A DNA stretch of 59,004 nucleotides from the NCBI GenBank assembly GCA_014874265.1, contig JACWAM010000118.1, forward strand, positions 1-59,004. The letters are read 5' to 3'. Source of the stretch: Thermoleophilia bacterium (lineage in GTDB: Bacteria; Actinomycetota; Thermoleophilia; BMS3ABIN01). Positions 19,283-28,110 of the stretch are shown here, piece after piece. A program made the position numbers and the translations under genes. The notes beneath the pieces were generated by a model, which searched no databases, was not told where the DNA came from, and worked only from the letters and a program-made list of their open reading frames with translations. Numbering within the stretch: position 1 is the first letter of the stretch; every line of letters begins with the position of its first letter.

Positions 19283-20044
19283 ATGAGCCGCTGGGTTATA
19301 AAAGGGATTCGCACAGGAATAAAAACCACCACATACCCGCGCGGCACTGAGAGTGCACCCGGCACGACCCCTGGCCTCCCCGGCAGCGGCGCGCCTGATA
19401 GCGAGGCAGCACAAGCACTAGTGGAAATTTGCCCCACGGGTGTATTCACGGTCGCCGGCGGCGAACTGGTGGCGGACGTGCGCGGCTGTATTCATTGCCT
19501 GCGATGCGTCCGCCTGACCCATCAGCCGGCGAACTGGCAAGCCGGTTCTTTTGAGTGGGCAGCGGAAACAGTGCCGGTAAATAAACTTCCGGGCGCATTT
19601 AAAAAATCCGTACATATCTGCGTCGTTGACACCGGCGACTGCGGCGCCTGCTTAAACGAAGTAAGGCAGCTCAACAATCCCTACTACAACATGCATCGCC
19701 TGGGACTCTTCATCACGCCCACGCCGCGCCACGCCGACATCCTGCTGATAGTGGGCCCGGGCACCGACCACATGCGGTACGCCCTCCAGAAAATCTACGC
19801 CGCCATGCCCTCCCCAAAGCGCGTGGTGGCTGCCGGCGCCTGCGCGCTTTCAGGCGGAGTTTTTGCCGGGAGCTTTACCTGCAGTGAGGGTATTGGTGAA
19901 ACAATGCCGGTGGACGTGGAAATTCCCGGATGTCCGCCGCCGCCTCTGGCAATTTTGCACGGCTTGCTGGTGGCGGCCGGGCGCAGACCGCCAGCCGGCA
20001 GCCCCGCTACCACGGCAAAGACGGAAACGCCCGGAACGGCATGA
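19283..20044 (+). CDS. hyfI: Ehr small subunit (NuoB/HyfI-like) with N-terminal ferredoxin-like segment
   Basis: CPTG..CIHCLRC, then DCGAC.NE, PRHADIL, GAC, PGCPP.P. Confidence 0.88.
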   Translation: MSRWVIKGIRTGIKTTTYPRGTESAPGTTPGLPGSGAPDSEAAQALVEICPTGVFTVAGGELVADVRGCIHCLRCVRLTHQPANWQAGSFEWAAETVPVNKLPGAFKKSVHICVVDTGDCGACLNEVRQLNNPYYNMHRLGLFITPTPRHADILLIVGPGTDHMRYALQKIYAAMPSPKRVVAAGACALSGGVFAGSFTCSEGIGETMPVDVEIPGCPPPPLAILHGLLVAAGRRPPAGSPATTAKTETPGTA

Positions 20045-22236
20045 TGGACGCCTTGATGCTCATCATCATTTTTCTGGGGCTTTGCGGCGCCGGCGTCTTG
20101 CTGTCCCTCCTGGCGCCGCCGGCGAGGCAGGGAAGTGTGCTAGCCTGGACGGGGTGCCCGGCGGCCCTGGCGCTGGTCCTGGCGGGAGGGGCAGCGCTGC
20201 TGGCGGGAGATACCTTTAGTCAGGCGCTCTGGTCGCTGCCGGGATTGTCAACCCTGACTCTCAGCCTCGATCCGGTGTCGGCGCCGTTTCTGGTCGTGAC
20301 CGGCCTGGTGCTGTTCCCGGCTTCAATCTTTGCCGCCAGCGAGCTAAACCGCGAACCGGGACGGGGCGGCTCTGCCAAACGTTTGCTTCCTTTCTCGTTT
20401 TCTTATCACAAGCGCGCCTTCACCGTGATGCTGCTGGGGCTGTACGCCGCCATTGGCCTGATCTTCGTGGCCGGAGACGTTCTCTTGTTTATGCTCGCCT
20501 GGGAAGTCATGTCAATTCTGGCGTATCTGCTGATCGTATCCTTAAGCAGCGGGGAAAAAGACGGGGCGGGCGCCGGCTATCTTTTGCTGGCCATGGGTGA
20601 AGCGGGGACCCTGGCCGCAGTTGTTGGTTTTCTGCTCATGGCCGCCGGCGCCGGGTCGCTTGATTTCGGCGCGATCCATGCCGCGGCTCCAGGTTTTAGC
20701 AACGGACTGAAGTGGTCGGTCTTTCTGCTCTCGTTTTTTGGTTTTGGCGTAAAAGCAGGTTTGCTGCCGGTTAATTTCTGGTTGCCCAGAGCTTATGTTG
20801 CCGCATCCCGCGCTTTTGTCCCGGTGCTGGCCGGGGCCACTCTCAACCTGGGCCTGTACGGGATTATGCGGGTAAACGCCGGCCTGATGCCGGCGACCAG
20901 CGCCGGGCCGGGCCTGATCGCGCTCGTCATCGGCGCGCTCACAGCCCTGATTGGCATCCTTTATGCGACCATAGACAAGGATCTCAAGCTCGTGCTGGCG
21001 CATAGCTCAATTGAAAATGCCGGCATTGTTATCGCTGGTTTTGGCGCGGGGATGGTGTTTGTGGCCACCTCACACCCGGTGCCGGCCGCGATTGCTTTTA
21101 TGGCGTCAATCTACCATCTGATCAATCATTCGCTTTACAAGACGCTTTTGTTTTTCGGGGCCGGCGTGGTGGAGACCGGGACCGGCATCCGCAATATCAA
21201 CAAGCTTGGCGGCCTCATCAAGTGGATGCCATGGACGGCGGCCGCCTTCCTTGCCGGGGCCCTGGCGATCTCGGCCCTGCCGCCACTTAACGGCTTTGTC
21301 AGCGAGTGGCTCACGCTGCAGACTTTGCTGCGCGCCGCCGATTTGTCCTCGGCTGCAGAAAAGCTGTCTTTCGCGCTGGCCGGGGCCGGCCTGGCGCTGA
21401 CGGCGGCGCTGGCCGTTACCTGCTTTGTCAGAACCTTCGCCATGAGCTTCCTGGGCATGCGGCGTACAAGAGAAAATCAGCCTGTCCAGGAGGCTAAAAT
21501 GGGCGCGCTGGCGCCAATGTTTATTCTCGCCGTTCTCTGCCTCGGCCTGGGCGTTTTGCCCACGTATGTGATTTCCGCGCTCAGTCCGGCAACGACCCAG
21601 CTGGCCGGCGCCAGCGCCGCTGATGCCCTGGTGCCGCCCTTCTTCTCATCCAATCCGGAGCATAGTCAGCTGCCGGCCGGTTTTGTTCAGGACTTTCATA
21701 ATCTGGGAGCCCAAGTGGGGCAAAGCCTCTTGCCCGGCCGCGGCCTGGTGGTGCTTCACCGCGGTGGTGAGGACAACCCGGTGGTTTTTGCCATGTCAAC
21801 ATCTTACATGGCAGTTGTTTTAATCATCCTGCTGGGCGCGACTTTCGTTGTTACCCGGGTCTGGTTAACTCGCAGGCGGAGGCTGCTTAGGCGAAAGCGC
21901 TGGGATGGGGGGATGCGCCGGCTGCTGCCGGAGATGACCTACACGGCGACCGGCTTCTCCAACCCGGTGCGAGTGATTTTCGACGCCGTCTTCAGGCCCA
22001 CAACCGTGGAGGACACCCGCGAGACGGTTAGCAGGCATTTCCGCACCGCCATACTGCGCGAGCGTGATCGAACCTATCTCGCTGATAAGCTTGTTTTTCG
22101 CCCGGCAAGAGCGGCGCTGTTAAAAGTCGCGCGCGCACTGGCATATCTACACCAGGGCAAGCTCAACGCTTACGCGGCTTACGCGCTTTTTGCGCTCCTG
22201 GCCGTGCTCGTCGTCTATTTAATCCAGACATCATGA
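20041..22236 (+). CDS. hyfB: Ehr/hydrogenase-4 antiporter-like subunit (HyfB/NuoL-like)
   Basis: AWEVMS, GFGVKAG..P...WLP, LAHSSIEN.G, LPPLNGFVSEW, MTYTATGFSNP. Confidence 0.9.
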   Translation: MMDALMLIIIFLGLCGAGVLLSLLAPPARQGSVLAWTGCPAALALVLAGGAALLAGDTFSQALWSLPGLSTLTLSLDPVSAPFLVVTGLVLFPASIFAASELNREPGRGGSAKRLLPFSFSYHKRAFTVMLLGLYAAIGLIFVAGDVLLFMLAWEVMSILAYLLIVSLSSGEKDGAGAGYLLLAMGEAGTLAAVVGFLLMAAGAGSLDFGAIHAAAPGFSNGLKWSVFLLSFFGFGVKAGLLPVNFWLPRAYVAASRAFVPVLAGATLNLGLYGIMRVNAGLMPATSAGPGLIALVIGALTALIGILYATIDKDLKLVLAHSSIENAGIVIAGFGAGMVFVATSHPVPAAIAFMASIYHLINHSLYKTLLFFGAGVVETGTGIRNINKLGGLIKWMPWTAAAFLAGALAISALPPLNGFVSEWLTLQTLLRAADLSSAAEKLSFALAGAGLALTAALAVTCFVRTFAMSFLGMRRTRENQPVQEAKMGALAPMFILAVLCLGLGVLPTYVISALSPATTQLAGASAADALVPPFFSSNPEHSQLPAGFVQDFHNLGAQVGQSLLPGRGLVVLHRGGEDNPVVFAMSTSYMAVVLIILLGATFVVTRVWLTRRRRLLRRKRWDGGMRRLLPEMTYTATGFSNPVRVIFDAVFRPTTVEDTRETVSRHFRTAILRERDRTYLADKLVFRPARAALLKVARALAYLHQGKLNAYAAYALFALLAVLVVYLIQTS

Positions 22237-22254
22237 AGGCCATCTGCGACTCAA

Positions 22255-22488
22255 ATGAATTCTTCCGGACATGAAAATTTGCTGGCGTTGTTTCTTGTCT
22301 TAGGCCTGGTATTCGGTGTTCTTGCGGGATTGATGGCTTTTCTGATTACTTATAACGAGTACAGTCACCATTATCATGAAAGCAGAGCGCCGCTCTCTGC
22401 GTCGTTACGTACGGCCCTTTTCGCATTTGCGGTCATGTTCGCCGTGACTATCATCGCGGGTTATGTTTTAGCCAGCTACATTCTTTAG
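22255..22488 (+). CDS. Small two-TM protein at the end of the Ehr operon
   Basis: Starts 18 nt after hyfB. Two hydrophobic helices flank ITYNEYSHHY. Confidence 0.7.
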   Translation: MNSSGHENLLALFLVLGLVFGVLAGLMAFLITYNEYSHHYHESRAPLSASLRTALFAFAVMFAVTIIAGYVLASYIL

Positions 22489-22628
22489 ACTGGTCATGCA
22501 GGTAACTCAGGTAAACTGTCGTTCTTGAGGAGCGCAGCGACGAAGAATCTGATTTTTAAACCGGATATCCTTCGGCTTCGCCTCAGGATGACGATCAGGG
22601 CAGCACCTGAGCCAATTGTATGATCAGT
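22489..22628. mobile_element. MITE copy B (IS1595-like TIRs)
   Basis: Left end ACTGGTCATGCAGGTAACTCAGGT, right end ACCTGAGCCAATTGTATGATCAGT. Flanks TTCTTTAG / TTCTTAGT form a degenerate TSD. Internal GTCGTT..GATGAC hairpin. Confidence 0.8.
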
Positions 22629-22717
22629 TTCTTAGTTAGGGTAGGCCGGCGTGGGAAAGCCGGGACTGCGTTGACAGATTTACAAACCGCAAACCACGGG
22701 AAATTCAAGGAGTCATA

Positions 22718-23416
22718 ATGCGCACTCTGGTTTTATCCGACATCCACGCCAATATTGACGCCCTTGAAGCCATTGATGAACCCTGCGACGCGGTCCTGTT
22801 TCTGGGGGACGTGGTTGACTACGGCCCCGAACCGGCCGCCTGCATCAACTGGCTGCGGGAGCGCGGCGCCAAACGCGTGCGCGGCAACCACGATAACGCC
22901 GTGGCCTTCCGGATGGACTGCGGCTGCGGTGAAGCTTACAGGCATCTTTCGGTGCAAACGCGAGAGTACATGTGGCAAGTGCTGGATCAGGAAAGGCTCG
23001 ACTGGCTGGGGGCGGCGCCCATCAGCCTGGAGCTGGAAAGCGGCGGACACCGCGTCCTTGCCGTCCACGCCGCGCCCAGCGATAACCTGTTCAGGTATGT
23101 AACTCCGGAGGCCAGCGACGCCGATCTGGCCGCCGAAGCAGCGCTGACGGATGCGGACATCATCCTCATGGGCCATACCCACCGTCCTTTTATCCGCGAA
23201 GCCGGCGGCAAACTGCTGGTCAATGTCGGCAGCGTTGGCCAGCCCCGGGACGGCATTCCCATGGCTAGTTACGCCGTCATCGAGGGCGGCCAGGTGGAGC
23301 TAAACCAGGCGCAGTACGATGTCGAAGCTGCCGTGGCCCGGCTCAGGCGCCTGCCCCTTGAGGAGAGGGCGATCAACGAACTCGCCTATATCCTTAGGAA
23401 CGCCGGCATGCCCTGA
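22718..23416 (+). CDS. Metallophosphoesterase (YfcE/calcineurin-like)
   Basis: SDIHAN, GD.VDYG, GNHD, GHTH, NVGSVGQPRDG. Confidence 0.92.
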   Translation: MRTLVLSDIHANIDALEAIDEPCDAVLFLGDVVDYGPEPAACINWLRERGAKRVRGNHDNAVAFRMDCGCGEAYRHLSVQTREYMWQVLDQERLDWLGAAPISLELESGGHRVLAVHAAPSDNLFRYVTPEASDADLAAEAALTDADIILMGHTHRPFIREAGGKLLVNVGSVGQPRDGIPMASYAVIEGGQVELNQAQYDVEAAVARLRRLPLEERAINELAYILRNAGMP

Positions 23417-23552
23417 AGCGCATATTGGATTTAGGATATTAATATTGATGGAAAAAGACGCCCGAATAATTAAAATCTGCCAACCCTTGCAGATTGAAAA
23501 TTGGTAAATCCCCTTGTAGCAATAAGTGCCGTGCCCGTGTTTTAATCCATGG

Positions 23553-24797
23553 ATGGCCGAGAATAAGGAAACGGGGCTACCTGATGAGGCCCTCCCCGAT
23601 GCGGTAGCAGCGATGGTGGGCGAGAAGTCTCCCGTTCCCGGCATCAGCCGCAATGTCTTCATCCTGGGCATCACCAGCTTCTTTACCGATCTTTCGACCG
23701 AGGTTGTCTATCCACTGGTGCCACTGTTTCTGACCTCCGTTCTGGGGGCGCCTTTTTTTGTGGTTGGCTTGATCGAGGGCATCGCCGAAAGCACGGCCAG
23801 CCTGCTTAAGATCTTTTCCGGCTGGATATCTGACCGCATGCGCCGGCGGCTGCCGCTGACGGTGATCGGGTACAGCGTTTCCGGATTTGCCAAGCCTCTC
23901 CTCGCGCTAGCCACCGTATGGCCGGTTGTGCTTGTGCTCCGCTTTGGCGACCGCTTGGGAAAGGGGATCCGCAACCCGCCGCGCGACGCCCTCATCGCCG
24001 ATTCTTCCGAACCATTGAGGCGCGGCCGCGTCTTCGGCTTTCACCGGGCGATGGATACAGCCGGCGCCTCTTTAGGCGCGATCGCCGCACTGGCGGCGCT
24101 GGCGATCCTGGGCGAGCGGTACCGGATCATCTTCCTTCTTTCCGCGGTACCGGCGGTGCTGGGTGTGGTCAGCCTCTTTTTCATCCGTGAGCGCGTCCAC
24201 CCGCACCGGCAGACGCTGCCGCCCCGGCTCTCACTATCACAACTCGACCATCGCTTCAAAATATTCCTGCTGGCCAGCGCTATTTTTGCCCTGGGAAACT
24301 CCAGCGACGCTTTCCTGATTTTACGAGCAAAAAACCTGGGGCTCTCGGCGCTTGGAGCGGTGATGGCTTACGTGATTTACAACCTTGTTTACGGTTCCCT
24401 GTCGATGCCGGCGGGTTCGCTCTCCGACCGGATCGGCCGCCGGCTAGTGATCGCTGGCGGATTTGTCATCTTTTCATTGGTTTACGCCGGTTTTGCCCTG
24501 GCGGCGGGAGCCCTTTTTGTCTGGCCGCTGTTTGCTGTTTACGGCATCTACATGGCAATGACTGAGGGAGTCGGCAAGGCATTTGCCGCCGATATGGCGC
24601 CGGCCGGCGTCCGCGGCACCGCTTTGGGAGCTTATCAGACCGTGACCGGAGCCCTGACTTTTTTCTCCAGCCTGATCGCCGGGATCCTTTGGGATACGAT
24701 CGGGCCGTTTGCTCCCTTCCTTTTCGGGGCCGCCGCCGCGATCGTGGCGGCAGGCGTGCTCGTAAACGCTACACGGGTCCGCCCGTCAGCCTCCTGA
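23553..24797 (+). CDS. MFS transporter
   Basis: About 12 TM helices, G.ISDR.RRR, DRLGKGIR..PRDALIADS, GNSSDAFL. Confidence 0.92.
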   Translation: MAENKETGLPDEALPDAVAAMVGEKSPVPGISRNVFILGITSFFTDLSTEVVYPLVPLFLTSVLGAPFFVVGLIEGIAESTASLLKIFSGWISDRMRRRLPLTVIGYSVSGFAKPLLALATVWPVVLVLRFGDRLGKGIRNPPRDALIADSSEPLRRGRVFGFHRAMDTAGASLGAIAALAALAILGERYRIIFLLSAVPAVLGVVSLFFIRERVHPHRQTLPPRLSLSQLDHRFKIFLLASAIFALGNSSDAFLILRAKNLGLSALGAVMAYVIYNLVYGSLSMPAGSLSDRIGRRLVIAGGFVIFSLVYAGFALAAGALFVWPLFAVYGIYMAMTEGVGKAFAADMAPAGVRGTALGAYQTVTGALTFFSSLIAGILWDTIGPFAPFLFGAAAAIVAAGVLVNATRVRPSAS

Positions 24798-24928
24798 GCG
24801 GTGGGAAGGCCAGACACTGTTCACCAGCCTTGCGCAGGTCCGGCATTTGTTTCAGCCAACATCCGTGCGGGGTATATAATGTTCGCGTCAGAAATGCCGA
24901 TTAGGTCTCGCAAAGGTGGAGCTACTAG

Positions 24929-25258
24929 ATGGCCTTAGAGCAAAGCAAAGATGAAAATAAAACTCCGGCAGAGGCCGGCGAAGGAGGCGCGGCCGCTGGC
25001 AAGAATGCCGACACGCCGATAAAGGTTTACAGCCATGCCGGCTATAAACGCGATGAACGGCCGCGCGCTTTCGAGCTGGAAGGCAGGCGTCTGACAGTTC
25101 TTCGGGTCAAGAAGACCTGGCAGGAAGAATCCGCCACGAGCGGGCGCCGCAAGACCGTTTTTCGTGTGCATGCGCATGACGGCCGCAGTTACGACATCGC
25201 CCTGGACGGCGCCACCGGCCAGTGGACATTGGAGCCCTTTAATCGCAAGCGAACCTGA
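24929..25258 (+). CDS. Conserved hypothetical protein (small beta-rich domain)
   Basis: GGAG RBS; Y..DERPRAF...F.V...DGR.Y......W.L. Confidence 0.7.
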   Translation: MALEQSKDENKTPAEAGEGGAAAGKNADTPIKVYSHAGYKRDERPRAFELEGRRLTVLRVKKTWQEESATSGRRKTVFRVHAHDGRSYDIALDGATGQWTLEPFNRKRT

Positions 25259-26258
25259 GGAACAGACGCCATCACAGCCGCAGCCGGAGCTGCGGCGAGA
25301 TCCGATCACCGGCGAATGGGTAATTCTCGCCGCCGGCCGGCTTAAGCGCCCTCGCCCCCCGGTAATTCCCGCACCGGCTCAACCCCGTGAGGAGTGTCCT
25401 TTCTGTCCCGGGCGCGAGGACTGCACGCCGCCGGAAATCTGCTCCGTGCGTGGCCACGGCCAGCGCAACGGACCGGGCTGGAGCGTCCGGACGCTACCAA
25501 ACAAATTCCCGATCCTGGTGAGTGAGGCTCCCCGCGCCGGCTTGGAGCGGGCGCTTTCCCCGGACCGGCGCCCGGCGCTGGGAACCAGCGAAGTAATCGT
25601 AGATACCCCCGAGCATGATCTGACACCGTGGGAATTGGGGCCCGGTCAGGTCAAGGAAATGCTGGCGATGTACCAGGAGCGGATACAGGCGCTGGCGAAG
25701 GAAGGGCGGACAAGCTACGTCCACCTTATCCGCAATCACGGCGCCGGCGCCGCCTCATCGCTAGAGCATCCACATTCCCAGCTTTTCGGCCTTCCCTTCA
25801 TCCCACCGACGATCGACGCCGAACTGGACGGGTTTGTCTCCGCCCACCCCGGGGAAGCCGGCTGCGTGCTTTGTGACATTGTCCGGGACGAGGAGGAAAC
25901 TGGCACGCAACTGGTGATGACTTCGGAGAACTTTGTTGTATTTTGCCCGTTTGCCTCGAGGCTGCCGTATGAGACCTGGATCGTACCTCGCCGGCATCAA
26001 TTGAGGTTTGAGAAGTGCCGGGAACTGGACGATCTGGCTGAAGTTTTCACGGACGTGCTCATGCGGTTCAAGGAACGGCTGAACGATCCTCCTTTCAATT
26101 ACTGGGTGCACACCTATCCTGTGAGCGGCGAGTCGCGCCCGTTTCACTGGCACATCGAAATCTTGCCGCGCCTGACGGTGCCGGGCGGCCTCGAGCTTGG
26201 CGCCGGCGTCTGGGTTAATACAGTGCCGCCCGAGGAAGCAGCCGCGCTGCTCAGGTAG
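25242..26258 (+). CDS. galT: Galactose-1-phosphate uridylyltransferase (GalT/HIT family); start uncertain
   Basis: ELRRDP.TG.WVI, CPFCPG.E, NKFP, ASSLEHPHSQ, HWHIEI.PR. Confidence 0.9.
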   Translation: MASEPEEQTPSQPQPELRRDPITGEWVILAAGRLKRPRPPVIPAPAQPREECPFCPGREDCTPPEICSVRGHGQRNGPGWSVRTLPNKFPILVSEAPRAGLERALSPDRRPALGTSEVIVDTPEHDLTPWELGPGQVKEMLAMYQERIQALAKEGRTSYVHLIRNHGAGAASSLEHPHSQLFGLPFIPPTIDAELDGFVSAHPGEAGCVLCDIVRDEEETGTQLVMTSENFVVFCPFASRLPYETWIVPRRHQLRFEKCRELDDLAEVFTDVLMRFKERLNDPPFNYWVHTYPVSGESRPFHWHIEILPRLTVPGGLELGAGVWVNTVPPEEAAALLR

Positions 26259-26277
26259 CCGGAGTTAAAGGACCGGG

Positions 26278-26850
26278 ATGACTGACAACGCCTTTGAACG
26301 TTTCCTGCTGACGGGCGAAGACCTGGCTAGGAACCGCCTGACGACCACACACGGTGGCAACATGAGCTTGCGCCATCGGGGCCGGATGGCAATCACTACC
26401 CACTTTTCCATGCCGGGACGGCTGCTGCCTGGTAACGTGGTCGAGATCCCGCTCAGGGAAGAGCCGGACCGCTTCGCCAGCGATGCATCGTGGGACGCGC
26501 CGCTGCACCAGCTAATCTATAAATTCACGCCGGCAATGGCCATAATTCACGCCCATTCAGCTTATGTCGTTGCTATTTCGTTGAGAAGTGACATTATTAC
26601 GCCCATCGATACCGAGGGCTCGGTACTGCTCAGGGAAGTTGCGGTAGTGGCTCCGGAGGATGCCTCCAGCCGGCTTCCCCAGGTGCTGCAAACAACAGTT
26701 GTCGCGATCGTGAGGGGGCATGGCAGCTACGCCGTAGGACGCACCTTGAACGAGGCGCTGGCCTTCACGGCGGCCATGGAATTCTCCTGCAAAGTATTGA
26801 TGCTAACCGCGCCAGAGGCAAAGATTTACCAGCGGCAGGCCGGCAGCTGA
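26278..26850 (+). CDS. Class II aldolase/adducin family protein
   Basis: GGNMSLR, H..IY, IIHAH, RGHG. Confidence 0.85.
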   Translation: MTDNAFERFLLTGEDLARNRLTTTHGGNMSLRHRGRMAITTHFSMPGRLLPGNVVEIPLREEPDRFASDASWDAPLHQLIYKFTPAMAIIHAHSAYVVAISLRSDIITPIDTEGSVLLREVAVVAPEDASSRLPQVLQTTVVAIVRGHGSYAVGRTLNEALAFTAAMEFSCKVLMLTAPEAKIYQRQAGS

Positions 26851-26978
26851 AAACAGGTTTAAGCCTGGCGAAACATCAGCAGATGAAACACGAAATAATG
26901 ATATCCTCACGACTTGAGAAAACTGATCGGTTTAATGATAAAGTGACGCAGGGTAAAAGACCGAGGTGGTGAGAAGTA

Positions 26979-28040
26979 GTGGCAACCGGTAAGAAGATCA
27001 GGCTTACCCGCCTGGCGCATGGCTCCGGCTGAGCCTGCAAGCTAAGTCCGTCGGACTTGGATGTGATTTTAAACACTCTGGCATTGCCGGCCGATCCGCG
27101 CGTTCTCGCGGGCATTCGCACCGGCGAGGATTGCGCCGTTTTTCAGATCTCGGAGGACACCGCGATCATCCAGACGGTCGATTACTTTACGCCGATTGTC
27201 GATGACCCCTATCAGTATGGCGCCATCGCCGTCGCCAACGCTTTAAGCGATGTCTACTCCATGGGAGCCGCGCCGCTATTTGCCTTGAACGTGGCCGGCT
27301 TTCACACGGAGGATCTGCCACTTGACACGCTTGCCGAAATTTTACGAGGCGGCGCCGACAAGGCCCGGGAGGCGGGAATCGAGATCATTGGCGGCCACAC
27401 CGTCGATGACAGGGAGCCAAAATACGGAGTCTCCGTAACCGGCGTTAGTGATCCGGGCAAGCTGATTTACAACTCAACGGCGCAGACCGGCGATGTGCTT
27501 TTTCTGACAAAGCCACTGGGGCTCGGCGTCATCACGACCGGCATCAAGCGCGGCACCTCCAGCGATGCCGCCATCAGCCGGGCGGTCGAAGTGATGATGC
27601 GTCTTAACCGCGACGCCTCCGAAGCGATGGTGGATGTTGGCGTCAACGCCTGCACTGACATCACCGGTTACGGCCTGCTGGGACACATGGGCGAGATGAC
27701 CCGGGCCAGCGGCGTCGGCGCCCGCGTCCATTCCCGCGCCGTGCCGGTCATTCAGGCAGCCAGGGATATGATCGAGGCCGACCTGGGCGCCGTCCCGAGA
27801 GGCTCGAAAAACAACCTCGAATACGTCAAGCGCTTCGTGAACTTCGATCCGGGAATCACGCAAGCGGAGAGGCTGCTGCTGGCCGACGCCCAGACTTCTG
27901 GCGGCCTGCTGATATCGTGTCCACCGGAAAAAGCAGACCGCCTGGAAAAGGCGCTTCGGAACGCGGGCACGATCACCGCAGCCCGCATCGGCGTCATGGA
28001 AGCGGAAGACGATACCGGGCGTATTGATGTAGTGCCTTAG
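26979..28040 (+). CDS. selD: Selenophosphate synthetase, selenocysteine-containing (UGA at 27030-27032)
   Basis: GTG start gives ..IRLTRLAHGSG-U-ACKLSP, in frame with TVDYFTP, NALSDVY.MG, GGHT, TDITGYGL.GH, DAQTSGGLL. Confidence 0.93.
27042..27060 (+). promoter_or_regulatory. Candidate bacterial SECIS hairpin
   Basis: CTAAGTCC-GTC-GGACTTGG stem-loop with a G-containing loop, about 10 nt after the UGA. Confidence 0.7.
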
Positions 28041-28110
28041 AGTTGTTAGAACCTCCGGAGTTTAGCCTTCGCCTCGGACTTTATCACAAATCATCTGCCG
28101 AGCCAGGCTC

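Noticed and set aside
14547-22236. Calling the operon a functional NiFe hydrogenase-4/formate hydrogenlyase
   Set aside because: The Ni-binding cysteines are absent, and there are no maturation or fdh genes in the window.
27057-28040. selD as a truncated gene or pseudogene
   Set aside because: The upstream TGA is at the Sec position and has a SECIS-like hairpin.
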